Assembly: GCF_048594625.1 (NCBI RefSeq)
Contig: NZ_JBMDWL010000099.1
Location: 2,505 to 66,504 of the forward strand
Length of the DNA stretch: 64,000 nt
From: Sphingobium sp.
Lineage (GTDB): Bacteria; Pseudomonadota; Alphaproteobacteria; Sphingomonadales; Sphingomonadaceae
Direction of reading: 5' to 3'
Positions within the stretch are counted from its first letter, which is position 1. Every line of letters begins with the position of its first letter. The notes under the pieces were generated by a model. The model was given only the letters and a program-made list of their open reading frames with translations. It ran no database searches and had not been told where the DNA came from. Shown one piece after another: positions 9,063 through 19,235 of this stretch. The translations under genes were made by a program, and so were the position numbers.

Positions 9063-9183
9063 TTCCCGGCGGGGTTTCTAGCGAAGCGCTTCCTTTTCAT
9101 GATGTCACCATATTGCCCATTCGCCCGTCTGCCATAGGCAATCGCCGACAGCTGTCGAATGACCGACTACGGTCGCAATCAAC

Positions 9184-9507
9184 CTATTCCACCGGGTCGA
9201 GCAGGCAGCCCCAGCCCGGTTTGAACCGTGCGGTGCGGCTGGCGAGCAGGGGGACGCTTGCCTGTACGGCGCGTTCTTCGGGCAGGTCGGTCAGGCGCAC
9301 CATCGCCATGCCCGGTTCCTTGTCGTCGTTGCAGCTGCCCATGGCACGCCCTTCGACATAGCGGCATGAACAGCCCAGCCGCGCGCCATAGGCGCTGCCC
9401 AGCCGCGCACGGGCGCTGATCGTGGTCCATTGCCATGCCAGCAGGCCCAGCAACACCAGAAGCAGCAACGCGCCGCCCCCCATCCACCATTTGCGTCGAA
9501 CCGGCAT
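9184..9507 (-). CDS. Membrane-anchored hypothetical protein (107 aa)
   Basis: MPVRRKWWMGGGALLLLVLLGLLAWQW... is an N-terminal TM anchor. The upstream part of track ORF 9184-9999 overlaps the divergent hydrolase gene and looks like a shadow. Confidence 0.5.
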   Translation of the reverse strand: MPVRRKWWMGGGALLLLVLLGLLAWQWTTISARARLGSAYGARLGCSCRYVEGRAMGSCNDDKEPGMAMVRLTDLPEERAVQASVPLLASRTARFKPGWGCLLDPVE

Positions 9508-9543
9508 GGCCCTTTTCCCATCGCTTCTGTAAGGGCGCGGCTT

Positions 9544-10671
9544 ATGCAGATCGACAGCCGAATCGTAAAGCGCCTTGGACTGGCAACGGGCGCGCTGGGC
9601 GCGATGGCCATCGCCGGTGCGCTGGTCGTGCGCGCGGCGCCGGCCGCCGATCCCGTCTATCGCGTGGCGAGCGACGCGGTGGTCGGGGAAAGCGCGCTGC
9701 GCGGTGCGATCGCCCCGCTGTTCGACGATGGCGCCATGGGGCAGACCCGCGCCCTGCTGGTGATGCGCGATGGTCAGGTGATCGCGGAACGCTATGCGCC
9801 GGGATATGGGCCGGACACGAAATTGCTGTCCTGGTCGATCGCCAAGAGCGTGACCGCGGTGCTGGTGGGGCTGATGGTGTCGGACGGGCGACTGGCGCTC
9901 GATTCGCCGGTGCCGGTCGCGGCATGGAGCCAGCCGGGCGATCCGCGCGGGCGCATCACGCTGCGCCAGCTGCTCCAGATGCGGTCCGGCCTGGACCATG
10001 TGGAGGATGGCGACCCGGTGACCGATGGCGACACGGTGCGGATGCTGTTCATGGACGGCGCGCCGGACATGCGCGCCTATGCGGAATCCAAGCCGCAGGC
10101 GCAGGCGCCGGGCGAAGTCTTTTCCTATTCCACCGGCAGTTCCATCATCCTGTCCGACCTGATGACGCGGATGCTGACCAACAGCCCCGATCCGGACGTG
10201 CGGCGGCGCGCGATGCAGAGCTTCATCGACGGGCGGCTCAAGGCGCCGGGCAAGCTATCCAGCCTGACGCCCGAATATGATGCGGCGGGCACCATGATCG
10301 GCGGCAGCATCCTGCACATGACGGCGCGCGATTACGGGCGGTTCGGCGAATTGCTGCGCAACCATGGCCGGTCGCCCAACGGGCATCAGATCGTGCCGGA
10401 AAAATGGGTGGATTTCATGCGCACCCCGTCCCCCCGCAACGCCGCCTATGGCGCGCACCTGTGGCTGAACCGCGACAGCAGCGAAAGCGCGCTGATGCCC
10501 GGCCTCGCGCCGCAGAGCCTGTTCGGATGCGTCGGGCATAACGGCCAATATATCCTGATTTCCCCGTCGCAGCGGCTGACGGTGGTGCGGATCGGCATGT
10601 CGCCCGAAAAGGAACAGCGCGCCGCCGTCCGGGGGGCGCTGGCAAAGTTGATCGGGATATTTCCGGGCTGA
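9544..10671 (+). CDS. Serine hydrolase (beta-lactamase / PBP-like family)
   Basis: Signal/anchor segment followed by the SxxK motif in LLSWSIAKSVTAVLVG. I chose the start at ATG 9544 (MQIDSRIVKRLG...). Confidence 0.8.
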   Translation: MQIDSRIVKRLGLATGALGAMAIAGALVVRAAPAADPVYRVASDAVVGESALRGAIAPLFDDGAMGQTRALLVMRDGQVIAERYAPGYGPDTKLLSWSIAKSVTAVLVGLMVSDGRLALDSPVPVAAWSQPGDPRGRITLRQLLQMRSGLDHVEDGDPVTDGDTVRMLFMDGAPDMRAYAESKPQAQAPGEVFSYSTGSSIILSDLMTRMLTNSPDPDVRRRAMQSFIDGRLKAPGKLSSLTPEYDAAGTMIGGSILHMTARDYGRFGELLRNHGRSPNGHQIVPEKWVDFMRTPSPRNAAYGAHLWLNRDSSESALMPGLAPQSLFGCVGHNGQYILISPSQRLTVVRIGMSPEKEQRAAVRGALAKLIGIFPG

Positions 10672-10676
10672 CGCCT

Positions 10677-11465
10677 TCAGAGCAGGAAGCGTCCTTCGAT
10701 CATCGTGCGGCATGTCCCGGTCAGGATCACGCGGTCGCCATCCAGCGTGCAGCGCAGGCGGCCGCCACGGGCCGACGCCTGATAGGCAGTCAGCGCGCGC
10801 TTGCCGGTCCGCGCCGCCCAATAGGGGGTCAGCAGGCCATGGGCCGAACCGGTGACCGGATCTTCGTCCACGCCGCCGCCGGGCACGAAAACGCGGCTGA
10901 TCATGTCGCTGTCCTCCCCCGGCGCGGTCGCCATCAGCAACAGGTCGCCCGCTTTTTTCAGCGTCGCATAATCGGGCGTCAGCGCATGGATGGCGGCTGC
11001 GTCGGGATAGACGAAGATGGCATAGCCGCCGTCGCGCCAGTGCGTTTCCAGCACATCCCCGCCCATCGCCACTGCCAGATCGGGCATCGCCTTTGGCTGC
11101 GTGGTCCATGCGGGCAGCGACAGGGTATAGCCATCGCCATCGCGCGCGACGGTCAATATGCCCGCATGGCGGGTGCGGAACCGCACGGCCTGCCGGTTGC
11201 CCATCAGCACATGGCCGCTGGCCAGCGTCGCATGGCCGCACAGCTTCACCTCGACAGTGGGCGTGAACCAGCGCAGTTCGTAATCCGCCTCCGCATCATC
11301 CGGCGTGGGGATCGTGAAGGCGGTTTCGGACAGATTGTTTTCCTGTGCTATCGCCTGAAGCATGGCATCGTCGAGCCAGCCGTCCAGCGGCATGACGGCG
11401 GCAGGATTGCCGGTGAAGGGCGCGTCGGCAAAGGCGTCGACCTGCGTGAAAGGGAGGCTGGGCAT
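10677..11465 (-). CDS. PhzF family isomerase
   Basis: MPSLPFTQVDAFADAPFTGNPAAVMPLDGWLDDAMLQAIAQENNLSETAF is the canonical PhzF N-terminus; 262 aa. Confidence 0.85.
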   Translation of the reverse strand: MPSLPFTQVDAFADAPFTGNPAAVMPLDGWLDDAMLQAIAQENNLSETAFTIPTPDDAEADYELRWFTPTVEVKLCGHATLASGHVLMGNRQAVRFRTRHAGILTVARDGDGYTLSLPAWTTQPKAMPDLAVAMGGDVLETHWRDGGYAIFVYPDAAAIHALTPDYATLKKAGDLLLMATAPGEDSDMISRVFVPGGGVDEDPVTGSAHGLLTPYWAARTGKRALTAYQASARGGRLRCTLDGDRVILTGTCRTMIEGRFLL

Positions 11466-11545
11466 GGCGGGTTCCTTTTATGACTGCGCCGGTGATGGCG
11501 CGGGCGCGCGGGACCGAACAGGTCCAGATGCGCGCCAATGGACAC

Positions 11546-13327
11546 TCAGCCCAGTACGACCAGTGCAGCGCACACCGCCGCCCCCACGATGATGTTGATC
11601 GGCACGCCGATCCGCACGAAATCGGCGAAGCGATAATCCCCCGCCGCATAGACCAGCGCGTTGGTCTGGTAACCGATGGGTGTCGCGAAACAGGCCGACG
11701 CACCGATCATCAGCGCGATGACCAGCGGGCGCGGATCGGTGCCCAACTGGTGCGCCAGCGCGATGGTGATCGGCGTCATCAGCGCCGCGACCGCATTGTT
11801 GCTGAGCAGTTCGGACAGAAGCAGCGATGCGAAATAGACGATGAAGACGAGGCTCCATGCCGGGGCGATCTGCATCAGCGGCGTGATCCACCCGACCATC
11901 AGCGCGACGCTGCCCGCCTGTTCCAGCGCCAGCCCGACCGCCAGCATGGCAAAGATCAGGATCAGCGTGTCGCCATCTATCGCCCCCCATGCCTCCTCCG
12001 GGTCGATGCAGCGGGTGACGAGGATCAGGCCGACGGCAATCACGGCGGCGAGGCCAATGCCCACCACGTCGAATGCGGACAGCCCCACCGCCCCCGCCAT
12101 GGCGGCGATCGCAATCCATGCCTTGCGCGGGCGAAAGGCGCGGGTGCGGCTGACGTCCACGCCGATCAGGTGGGGATTGTCCTTCAGCGCGCGCATCGCA
12201 TCGTCCCCGCCCGCGACCAGCAGCCGGTCGGCGCCGCGAATGCGCGTGTCGCCAAGGTCGGGTCCGGGCAGATGGCGGGCGCGATGGATGCCGATGATGC
12301 GCACGCGCAGCGCATGCAGGAACGGAATGTCGAGCAGCCGTTCGCCGATGGAGGGGTGGCTGGGCGCGATCATCGCCTCGACCACCGTGCCTTCGCCTGC
12401 GCTGGTCCGCGAATCGGCGGCGACGCCCAGTTCAAAACGCCCCGATTCGCGCAGCGTCATGATGGTCGTGCCATCGGCGCGCACGATCAGGTGGTCGCCC
12501 GAATGCAGTTCTTCCTGCTCCAGATCCTGCCGCTTTATCTCACCCGCGCGCCTGAGGCCCAGCAACCGGACCGACCGGCCAAAAATGCCAAGCGTCCCGA
12601 TTTCCGCGCCGATGTCGTCGCTGTCCTGCGGCACCACCAGTTCGGTCAGATAATCCTGCACCGCGCCGCCATCCTCCCCCGCGATCGACGGCGGATCGCT
12701 GGGCAGCAGGAAGGACAGCGACAGCAGCGCGACGATGCCCGCCGCCGCGCCGACCGCGCCATAGGGGGTGATGTCGAATATGCCGAAACGGTCCATCCCC
12801 TGTTCCGCCGCGATTCCCGCGACGACCAGATTGGTGGACGTGCCCACCAGCGTCAGGCATCCGCCCAGCACCGCGACGGTGTTCATCGGGATCAGCAGTT
12901 TCTTGACCGGATAACCGGTCGCCTGCGCCAGTTTGAACATGATCGGGATCATCAGCACCACGACCGGCGTGTTGTTGAGGAAAGCCGACAGCAACATGGT
13001 GCCCAGCGTCACTTCGGCAAGGGCGATACGCGGATGCCGCTGCGCACGGGTCATGATGAGGTCCGCGACGCGGCTGATGACGCCGGTCCGAATCAGCGCG
13101 CCCGACAGGACAAACATGGCGCCGACCGTCAAAGGCGCGCTGTTGGAAAAGACGGAGAACATCGCCTTTTCGTTCAGCATGCCCAGCACGCCATAGACGC
13201 ACGCCCCGACCACCGCGACCACGGTGGGGGAATAACGTTCGCGCACGAAGGCGACGAACATGCAGGCCAGCACGATCAGGCCGATTTCCGCGCGATAGAT
13301 GCCGAGCAGCGCGGTGATGAAATGCAT
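11546..13327 (-). CDS. SLC13/DASS family permease with two internal TrkA-C (RCK_C) domains
   Basis: Polytopic membrane protein with two central soluble repeats (GDHLIVRADGTTIMTL..., ADRLLVAGGDDAMRAL...). I chose the start at ATG 13327 (MHFITALL) because a strong hairpin occupies 13383-13410. Confidence 0.8.
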   Translation of the reverse strand: MHFITALLGIYRAEIGLIVLACMFVAFVRERYSPTVVAVVGACVYGVLGMLNEKAMFSVFSNSAPLTVGAMFVLSGALIRTGVISRVADLIMTRAQRHPRIALAEVTLGTMLLSAFLNNTPVVVLMIPIMFKLAQATGYPVKKLLIPMNTVAVLGGCLTLVGTSTNLVVAGIAAEQGMDRFGIFDITPYGAVGAAAGIVALLSLSFLLPSDPPSIAGEDGGAVQDYLTELVVPQDSDDIGAEIGTLGIFGRSVRLLGLRRAGEIKRQDLEQEELHSGDHLIVRADGTTIMTLRESGRFELGVAADSRTSAGEGTVVEAMIAPSHPSIGERLLDIPFLHALRVRIIGIHRARHLPGPDLGDTRIRGADRLLVAGGDDAMRALKDNPHLIGVDVSRTRAFRPRKAWIAIAAMAGAVGLSAFDVVGIGLAAVIAVGLILVTRCIDPEEAWGAIDGDTLILIFAMLAVGLALEQAGSVALMVGWITPLMQIAPAWSLVFIVYFASLLLSELLSNNAVAALMTPITIALAHQLGTDPRPLVIALMIGASACFATPIGYQTNALVYAAGDYRFADFVRIGVPINIIVGAAVCAALVVLG

Positions 13328-13371
13328 GCATGTCCCCCTGCGGATCGCGTGGTCGCGTGTCCTTTCCGGGG

Positions 13372-13410
13372 TGAAACGAAATGGGCCAGCCATGGTTGCA
13401 TGGCTGGCCC
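13372..13410 (-). terminator. Intrinsic terminator-like hairpin downstream of aroC
   Basis: On the minus strand, GGGCCAGCCATG-CAAC-CATGGCTGGCCC forms a 12-bp perfect stem and is followed by ATTTCGTTTC. Confidence 0.55.
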
Positions 13411-13624
13411 GTGTCGCGGCTTTGAGGGGACGTTTTGACCGTCAGACCGCGCTTTTTAATCGCCGCGCTTTTCAGGAAAAACGTGGCGCCGCGTGGTGAC
13501 GCTCCCCAGGCTTACGCTCTGCCGCTCGCCCTCCCGCGGGCGATGACCGTCATCATAGCGTAATAAAACTGAGTCGTCTCGCGCTTAATCTGGATTGGGC
13601 GCGCGATCGGATCGGTTCGGCGCG

Positions 13625-14719
13625 TCAGCGCTCCGCCCGGTCGCCACATTGTGCGCGGTGAAGCAGTTTCTGATCCGCCAGCACCAGCGCCATCATCGCT
13701 TCGACCACGGGTACGCCGCGAATGCCGACGCAGGGATCATGCCGCCCCTTCGTGATGATCTGCGACGCTTCGCCTTCGCGCGTGACGGTGTCGACCGGGA
13801 TCAGGATGGAGCTGGTCGGCTTGAACGCGACGCGCAACTTGACCGGCTGTCCGGTGGAAATGCCCCCGGCGATCCCGCCCGCATGATTGGCAAGGAAGAC
13901 CGGACCGTCATTGCCCCCATCCATGGCAGGCCGCATCGGATCTGCATTCTCTTCGCCGCGCAGGCGGGCGGCGGCGAAACCATCGCCAATCTCCACGCCC
14001 TTGACCGCGTTGATGCTCATCATCGCGGCGGCCAGTTCGCTGTCGAGCTTCGCATAAAGCGGCGCGCCCCAGCCCGCCGGTACGCCCGACGCGACGCATT
14101 CCACCACCGCACCGATGGACGACCCATCCAGCCGCGCGCCATCGACCAGTTTTTCCCACCGTTCCACGGCCACGGGGTCGGGGCAGAAGAAGGGATTCTG
14201 GCCGATCTGCTCTGCATCGAAATTGGCATAGTCGATTGCGTCACCACCGATTTCGCTGACATAGGCAAAGATGTCGACTTCGGAAATGACCGCGCGCGCG
14301 ACCGCGCCCGCCGCCACGCGGCTGGCGGTTTCGCGGGCGGACGATCGCCCGCCGCCGCGATAGTCGCGAAAGCCATATTTGGCGTCATAGGCATAATCGG
14401 CATGACCGGGGCGATACGCCTTGGCCACATCCGAATAATCCTTCGAACGTTGGTCGGTATTTTCGATCATCAGGCTGATCGGCGTGCCGGTCGTCCGCCC
14501 TTCGAACACGCCCGACAGGATGCGCACCTCATCGGGTTCGCGGCGCTGGGTCGTGAATTTGGACGTGCCCGGCTTGCGCAGGTCCAGCCATGGCTGAATG
14601 TCCGCTTCGCTCAGTTCCAGCCCCGGAGGACAGCCATCCACCACCGCGCCGATGGCAGGACCATGGCTTTCGCCCCAGGTGGTGAAGCGAAAAACGCGAC
14701 CGAAACTGTTGAAACTCAT
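13625..14719 (-). CDS. aroC: Chorismate synthase
   Basis: [33 protein letters not shown]... is the canonical AroC N-terminus; 364 aa. Confidence 0.95.
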   Translation of the reverse strand: MSFNSFGRVFRFTTWGESHGPAIGAVVDGCPPGLELSEADIQPWLDLRKPGTSKFTTQRREPDEVRILSGVFEGRTTGTPISLMIENTDQRSKDYSDVAKAYRPGHADYAYDAKYGFRDYRGGGRSSARETASRVAAGAVARAVISEVDIFAYVSEIGGDAIDYANFDAEQIGQNPFFCPDPVAVERWEKLVDGARLDGSSIGAVVECVASGVPAGWGAPLYAKLDSELAAAMMSINAVKGVEIGDGFAAARLRGEENADPMRPAMDGGNDGPVFLANHAGGIAGGISTGQPVKLRVAFKPTSSILIPVDTVTREGEASQIITKGRHDPCVGIRGVPVVEAMMALVLADQKLLHRAQCGDRAER

Positions 14720-14792
14720 ATTCCCTCACCCTCCCATCGCTACGCGGCGGGCCCCTCCCTCTCCCCCAATGGGGCGAGGGCTTGATGGCGCC
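14720..14792. repeat. REP-like GC-rich palindromic element filling the aroC-fabI spacer
   Basis: CCCTCTCCCC-CAAT-GGGGCGAGGG at 14757-14780 pairs 9 of 10 bp, inside CCCTCACCCTCCCATCGCTACGCGGCGGGCCCC.... It has no U-tract. This sequence class is often mistranslated as ...SPPMGRG... peptides. Confidence 0.5.
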
Positions 14793-15599
14793 TCACTTGT
14801 CCAGCGCGATGTCCGGTGCGTCTTCGGCCTTCATGCCGATGACGTTGTAACCTGCGTCGACATGGTGGATTTCGCCGGTCACGCCCGCCGCCAGATCGGA
14901 CAGCAGGTACAGGCCGGCGCCGCCCACATCGTCGATGGTCACATTGCGGCGCAGTGGCGAATTCAGCTCGTTCCACTTGAGGATATAGCGGAAATCGCCG
15001 ATACCGCTGGCGGCCAGCGTCTTGATGGGACCAGCCGAGATCGCGTTGACGCGGATATTTTCCGGGCCAAGGTCCATCGCCAGATATTTGACGCTGGTTT
15101 CCAGCGCCGCCTTCGCCACGCCCATGACGTTGTAATGCGGGATCACCTTTTCCGCGCCATAATAGCTCAGCGTCAGGATGCTGCCGCCATTGGGCATCAG
15201 CGCGCGGGCGCGCTTGGTCACCGCCACGAAACTGTAAGCGGACACGTTCATGGTCAGCAGGAAATTGTCGAGGCTGGTGTCGACATACAGGCCGCGCAAC
15301 TCATTCTTGTCGGAAAAGCCGATGGCGTGGACCACGAAGTCGATCGTGCCCCAGCGCGCCTCGATTTCCGCGAAGGCCGCGTCCAGCTTGTCCATGTCGG
15401 TGACATCGCAGTCGATCAGGAAATCGGAACCCAGCTGTTCCGCCAGCGGCTTCACCCGCTTGGCCAGCGCATCGCCCTGATAGGAAAAAGCCAGTTCCGC
15501 GCCCTGTGCGTGCAACTGCTTGGCAATGCCCCAGGCCAGCGACTTGTCGTTCGCCAGCCCCATGATGAGCCCGCGCTTTCCTGCCATCAAGCCGTTCAT
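14793..15599 (-). CDS. fabI: Enoyl-[acyl-carrier-protein] reductase (NADH) FabI
   Basis: MNGLMAGKRGLIMGLANDKSLAWGIAKQLHAQGAELAFSYQGD... is typical of FabI. The start at 15599 forms an ATGA overlap with the upstream gene's stop. Confidence 0.92.
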   Translation of the reverse strand: MNGLMAGKRGLIMGLANDKSLAWGIAKQLHAQGAELAFSYQGDALAKRVKPLAEQLGSDFLIDCDVTDMDKLDAAFAEIEARWGTIDFVVHAIGFSDKNELRGLYVDTSLDNFLLTMNVSAYSFVAVTKRARALMPNGGSILTLSYYGAEKVIPHYNVMGVAKAALETSVKYLAMDLGPENIRVNAISAGPIKTLAASGIGDFRYILKWNELNSPLRRNVTIDDVGGAGLYLLSDLAAGVTGEIHHVDAGYNVIGMKAEDAPDIALDK

Positions 15600-16549
15600 A
15601 TCGTCGTTCCGTTCCCTTTGTCCTGCGCGGGCGGAGGCGCTTCCTCGTCCGGGAATTCCGCCAGCGCCGCGTTCAATTCGGCGCCAATTACCACGCCAAG
15701 CCCCACGAGAAAGAAAAAAATGAGGGTGATCATGACACCGGCCAGGCTGCCATAGGTCCGGCCATAGCCACCCAGCAGCGACAAAGTGGGCGGCAACAAC
15801 ATGGTCGTGGCATACCACCATAAGGATGTCGCGACCGCGCCGGGCCATTTGGGAAAGCGGCGCGATTTATAGGCGGTGGGCGTCAGCGCCACGAACAACG
15901 ACCAGAGCGCGACGCATAAAATGCCCATCGGCACCAGCTTTGCCGACGCGACCAGCGATATGGCATCGTCGGCAAAGGGCAGGATCTGGTGCAGAAACTG
16001 ATCGACGCCGGTGATCGCGACCTGCAGCGAAAAGGCGAACATCACGGCGAACACGCTGACCAGCGTGATGCCGATCGCGCCCAGCCGGTATCGCCAGAAT
16101 GGTTTGGTGCTTTTGGTGCCATAGGCGCGGCGCAATATGTCGCGGATGGTTTCGATGAGGCTGCCCACGGTCCACAGGCCCACCAGCCCGCCCAGCCAGA
16201 GCAGCGGGCCGCTGCGCGCGGTCAGCACATCGTTGATCGGCTGGCGCACCACATCGGCCACGCCGCGCGGGACGGTGTAGAGAAACGCGTTCACCGCCTG
16301 CACCCCGTCCTGCGTCCGGCCGAATATGCTGGCCACCGCCGCCGCGACGATGAAAAAGGGGAACAGCGTCATCAGCGACAGATAGGCCAGGTTCCCGGCA
16401 TGGATGAACCCGTCGCTATAGGTGCCCACGACCACGCGCTTCATCACTTCGAACGGCTGGGTGCCGGGGCGCACGCGGTCGATCTGGCGATGGAAGCGCT
16501 GTTCCATCTGACGACGGGATTCGGGCGACAGGGGCGAAGGCATCGGCAT
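15596..16549 (-). CDS. YihY/BrkB family membrane protein
   Basis: GNLAYLSLMTLFPFFIVAAAVASIFG... followed by multiple TM segments. I chose the start at MPMPSPLS (16549), just downstream of the DnaJ-like gene stop. Confidence 0.8.
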   Translation of the reverse strand: MPMPSPLSPESRRQMEQRFHRQIDRVRPGTQPFEVMKRVVVGTYSDGFIHAGNLAYLSLMTLFPFFIVAAAVASIFGRTQDGVQAVNAFLYTVPRGVADVVRQPINDVLTARSGPLLWLGGLVGLWTVGSLIETIRDILRRAYGTKSTKPFWRYRLGAIGITLVSVFAVMFAFSLQVAITGVDQFLHQILPFADDAISLVASAKLVPMGILCVALWSLFVALTPTAYKSRRFPKWPGAVATSLWWYATTMLLPPTLSLLGGYGRTYGSLAGVMITLIFFFLVGLGVVIGAELNAALAEFPDEEAPPPAQDKGNGTTI

Positions 16550-16565
16550 CGCCCGGCCTAACGCC

Positions 16566-17486
16566 TCAGACGCCCAGATGGGCGCGAACGGCCCGCTGGT
16601 CCTGCCAGCCTTCGACCAGCGCCCGGATGGCCGGATCGTCGGCCGGGACGTCGATCTGAAGCGTGACGAGCTGATCGCCGCGCTGCCCGTCCTTGCCGGT
16701 AAAGCCACGGCCGCGCAGGCGCAGCGTCCGGCCCGACGTCGCGCCCGGCGTCACGCCCAGCATCACCGGACCCTCGACGGTCGGCACCTTCACCTTGCCG
16801 CCATTCACCGCTTCATCGATGGTGATGGGCAGGTCCAGCAGCACATTGTCGCCATCGCGGCGGAAAAAGGGATGCGGCTTCACATCGATGGTGACGATCG
16901 CGTCGCCCGCGCCGCCCGGCCCCGCCTGCCCCTTGCCCGACAGCCGCATCTGCGTGCCGCTTTCGACCCCGGCGGGCAGTTTCAGGTCGATGGTCTTTCC
17001 GTCCTGAAGGGTGATCCGCTGGGGCGCGAGCGTGGCCGCGTCCACAAATTGCACCGCCAGACGATAGGTGACGTTGCCGCCCTTTGGCGGGGGGGCCTGA
17101 CGCCCGAACCCGCCAAAGCCGCCGCCACCGCCCGCACGGCGCCCTGCGCCGCCGAACAGCCCTTCGAAAATATCGCCGAAATCCGCGCCGCCGGTGTCGA
17201 ACCCGCCGCCCGCATGGCCGCGCCCGCCGCCGCCCCCGCCAAAGCCGAAGGGCGCGGTGGGATTGCCATCGCCGTCGATTTCGCCCCGGTCGAACCGGGC
17301 GCGCTTGTCCTTGTCCGACAACAGGTCATAGGCGTTGGTCACGGCGGAAAATTTGTCCGCCGCCTTGGGATTATCCTTGTTCTTGTCCGGGTGGAGTTCC
17401 TTGGCCAGCTTGCGATAGGCGGACTTGATTTCCGCCTCCGTCGCGCTGCGGGTCACGCCCAGAAGGGAATAGGGATCGGCCATCAT
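16566..17486 (-). CDS. DnaJ-class co-chaperone without zinc finger (CbpA-like)
   Basis: J domain DPYSLLGVTRSATEAEIKSAYRKLAKELHPDKN, a Gly-rich linker and DnaJ C-terminal domains. There is no CxxCxGxG repeat. Confidence 0.85.
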   Translation of the reverse strand: MMADPYSLLGVTRSATEAEIKSAYRKLAKELHPDKNKDNPKAADKFSAVTNAYDLLSDKDKRARFDRGEIDGDGNPTAPFGFGGGGGGRGHAGGGFDTGGADFGDIFEGLFGGAGRRAGGGGGFGGFGRQAPPPKGGNVTYRLAVQFVDAATLAPQRITLQDGKTIDLKLPAGVESGTQMRLSGKGQAGPGGAGDAIVTIDVKPHPFFRRDGDNVLLDLPITIDEAVNGGKVKVPTVEGPVMLGVTPGATSGRTLRLRGRGFTGKDGQRGDQLVTLQIDVPADDPAIRALVEGWQDQRAVRAHLGV

Positions 17487-17662
17487 TCTACCTGTTGCAC
17501 AAAAGCATCACTCTGCGACTATGTGGACGATGCGGCGCCGACATTCAAGACAGGGATCGTCCTGACGGACGCATACCCCGTTCAGGGTATGCGCCGATTC
17601 TCCCTTTTTCCTAGAGCGCCCGCGGGGTCGATCTTTTGGGAATCATGGGGGAATTTATCGCA

Positions 17663-19021
17663 ATGCATTTCAACAGGGGCGTTATTCTGGCCGCGGCGGC
17701 GACCGTGGCATTGGCATGGTCAGGCTCTGCGGGGGCGCAGACATCGACGACACCACCGACCAGCGCGGAAATCGCACAGCTGGAAAGCCTGTTCCGCATC
17801 AGCGTTCAGCTGACCACGGCAGGCGGCGTGCCGCTGTACGACACCTATGGGCTGAACATCGCGTCGCGCAGCTATGAATTCATGGACCCGGCGCGCCTGC
17901 GCGAACGCTATACCCGCAATGGCGTGTCGCTTTACAACGACCGCGCCGCCGTGGCGGGCGTCATGGATTTTCGCGGCCTGCTGATCCAGGGTTCCTATGC
18001 CGCGAACAGCACGACCTTCACCATCCGCGTGCCCGCGCTGGACGAGGTGGGCGAACGCTATACCAGCGTCTTCACCGGCCGGACCCGTGACGAAGCCTAT
18101 GCACAGTTCGACAGCTATCTGGACGACATCGATGGTCCCGAAGCCGAACGGCTGGTCCGCGCCCTGCTGCGCGCGCTGGCCCGCACATCGCCCATCGATC
18201 CGCTGGCGGGCAACCCCGGTTCGGTTCAGGGTTCGCTGGTTCGTGCCAGTCTGGACCTGTCGTCGGGCGATTCGGCGATCGAACAGGATGCGGCCAGCGG
18301 CGGCAGCAACACGGCGGGCGATCCATGGATCGTGGGCGCCAATTACAACTGGGGTTCGTCCAGTGGCGGCCGCTATGATTTCAAGCGGATCGACGCGCGC
18401 GTCGCCCGCAGCTTCCGCCTTGGCGAAGGCGGCCGCGCGCTGCTGAAGATCGATTCGCCGGTCAGCTATTCCGAAGTGAACGGCGCGCGCGCCGTCACCG
18501 CACAGTTCGGCGTCGGCGTCGAAGTGCCGGTGCTGGCGCGCCGCTGGTCGCTGGAACCGCGCGTCGGCTATGGCATCACCGCGTCGGACCAGATCGGATC
18601 GCTCGGCCATATGCTGTCGACCACCGTCGCCAGCCGTTTCGTGCTGGGCAATGTCGGGCGCGGCCGCATCGTCATCGGCAACATGGCGGGCTATACCCAG
18701 ACGCTCAGCACCGGCTTTACCGGCTACAACGTCAATCCGGGCCTGAAGAACTGGGTATTCCGCAACGGCCTTGCCTACGATCTGCCGCTCAAGTTCCGGG
18801 GTCTGGGCCGCAACACGTCGGTCCGCGCCAGCTACACCTTCACCAACTATGCGGGCGACGAACTCTATTTCGACAAGTTCCACGAATTTGGTCTGTCGTT
18901 CGGCCTGCGTGGGCGTGAGGAATCGGCGCGCAATGCCCGCGACCTCATCCGCGTCAACCTCGGCCTGACGAAGGCGACCGATTATACCAGCTGGTCGGCG
19001 GGCCTGGGATTCCGCTTCTGA
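17663..19021 (+). CDS. Outer-membrane beta-barrel (autotransporter-beta-like) protein
   Basis: Signal peptide MHFNRGVILAAAATVALAWSGSAGAQ, alternating-hydrophobicity C-terminal half, and a terminal ...GLGFRF aromatic signature. Confidence 0.65.
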   Translation: MHFNRGVILAAAATVALAWSGSAGAQTSTTPPTSAEIAQLESLFRISVQLTTAGGVPLYDTYGLNIASRSYEFMDPARLRERYTRNGVSLYNDRAAVAGVMDFRGLLIQGSYAANSTTFTIRVPALDEVGERYTSVFTGRTRDEAYAQFDSYLDDIDGPEAERLVRALLRALARTSPIDPLAGNPGSVQGSLVRASLDLSSGDSAIEQDAASGGSNTAGDPWIVGANYNWGSSSGGRYDFKRIDARVARSFRLGEGGRALLKIDSPVSYSEVNGARAVTAQFGVGVEVPVLARRWSLEPRVGYGITASDQIGSLGHMLSTTVASRFVLGNVGRGRIVIGNMAGYTQTLSTGFTGYNVNPGLKNWVFRNGLAYDLPLKFRGLGRNTSVRASYTFTNYAGDELYFDKFHEFGLSFGLRGREESARNARDLIRVNLGLTKATDYTSWSAGLGFRF

Positions 19022-19038
19022 CCTGATGGGGGAGGAGC

Positions 19039-19068
19039 CGTCCGGGGCGGGTGCAGCCGCCCCGGACG
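19039..19068 (+). terminator. GC-rich hairpin after the OMP gene (no U-tract)
   Basis: CGTCCGGGGCGG-GTGCAG-CCGCCCCGGACG forms a 12-bp perfect stem 18 nt after the stop. Confidence 0.35.
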
Positions 19069-19235
19069 CGCGACTGCCCCTTGTCCATGTGCCCCTATCG
19101 ACAGGGCGCCGTCTGCGCGACAAAGCATGACCCGATCGGCCTTGATCGGATCATGTCTCAAATGCCCTTTGTTTACCGCATTTTGCGATCCGTCATCTGT
19201 TCCAGATGACGCCTAAATGCTCTAAAGGGCCAGGC

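Noticed and set aside
9508-9999. Upstream extension of ORF 9184-9999
   Set aside because: It overlaps the divergent serine hydrolase gene and its composition is shadow-like. I kept only the membrane-anchored 107-aa product.
11480-13438. 652-aa plus-strand ORF
   Set aside because: It is antisense to the SLC13 permease and has an Arg/Asp/His-rich composition with no recognisable domain.
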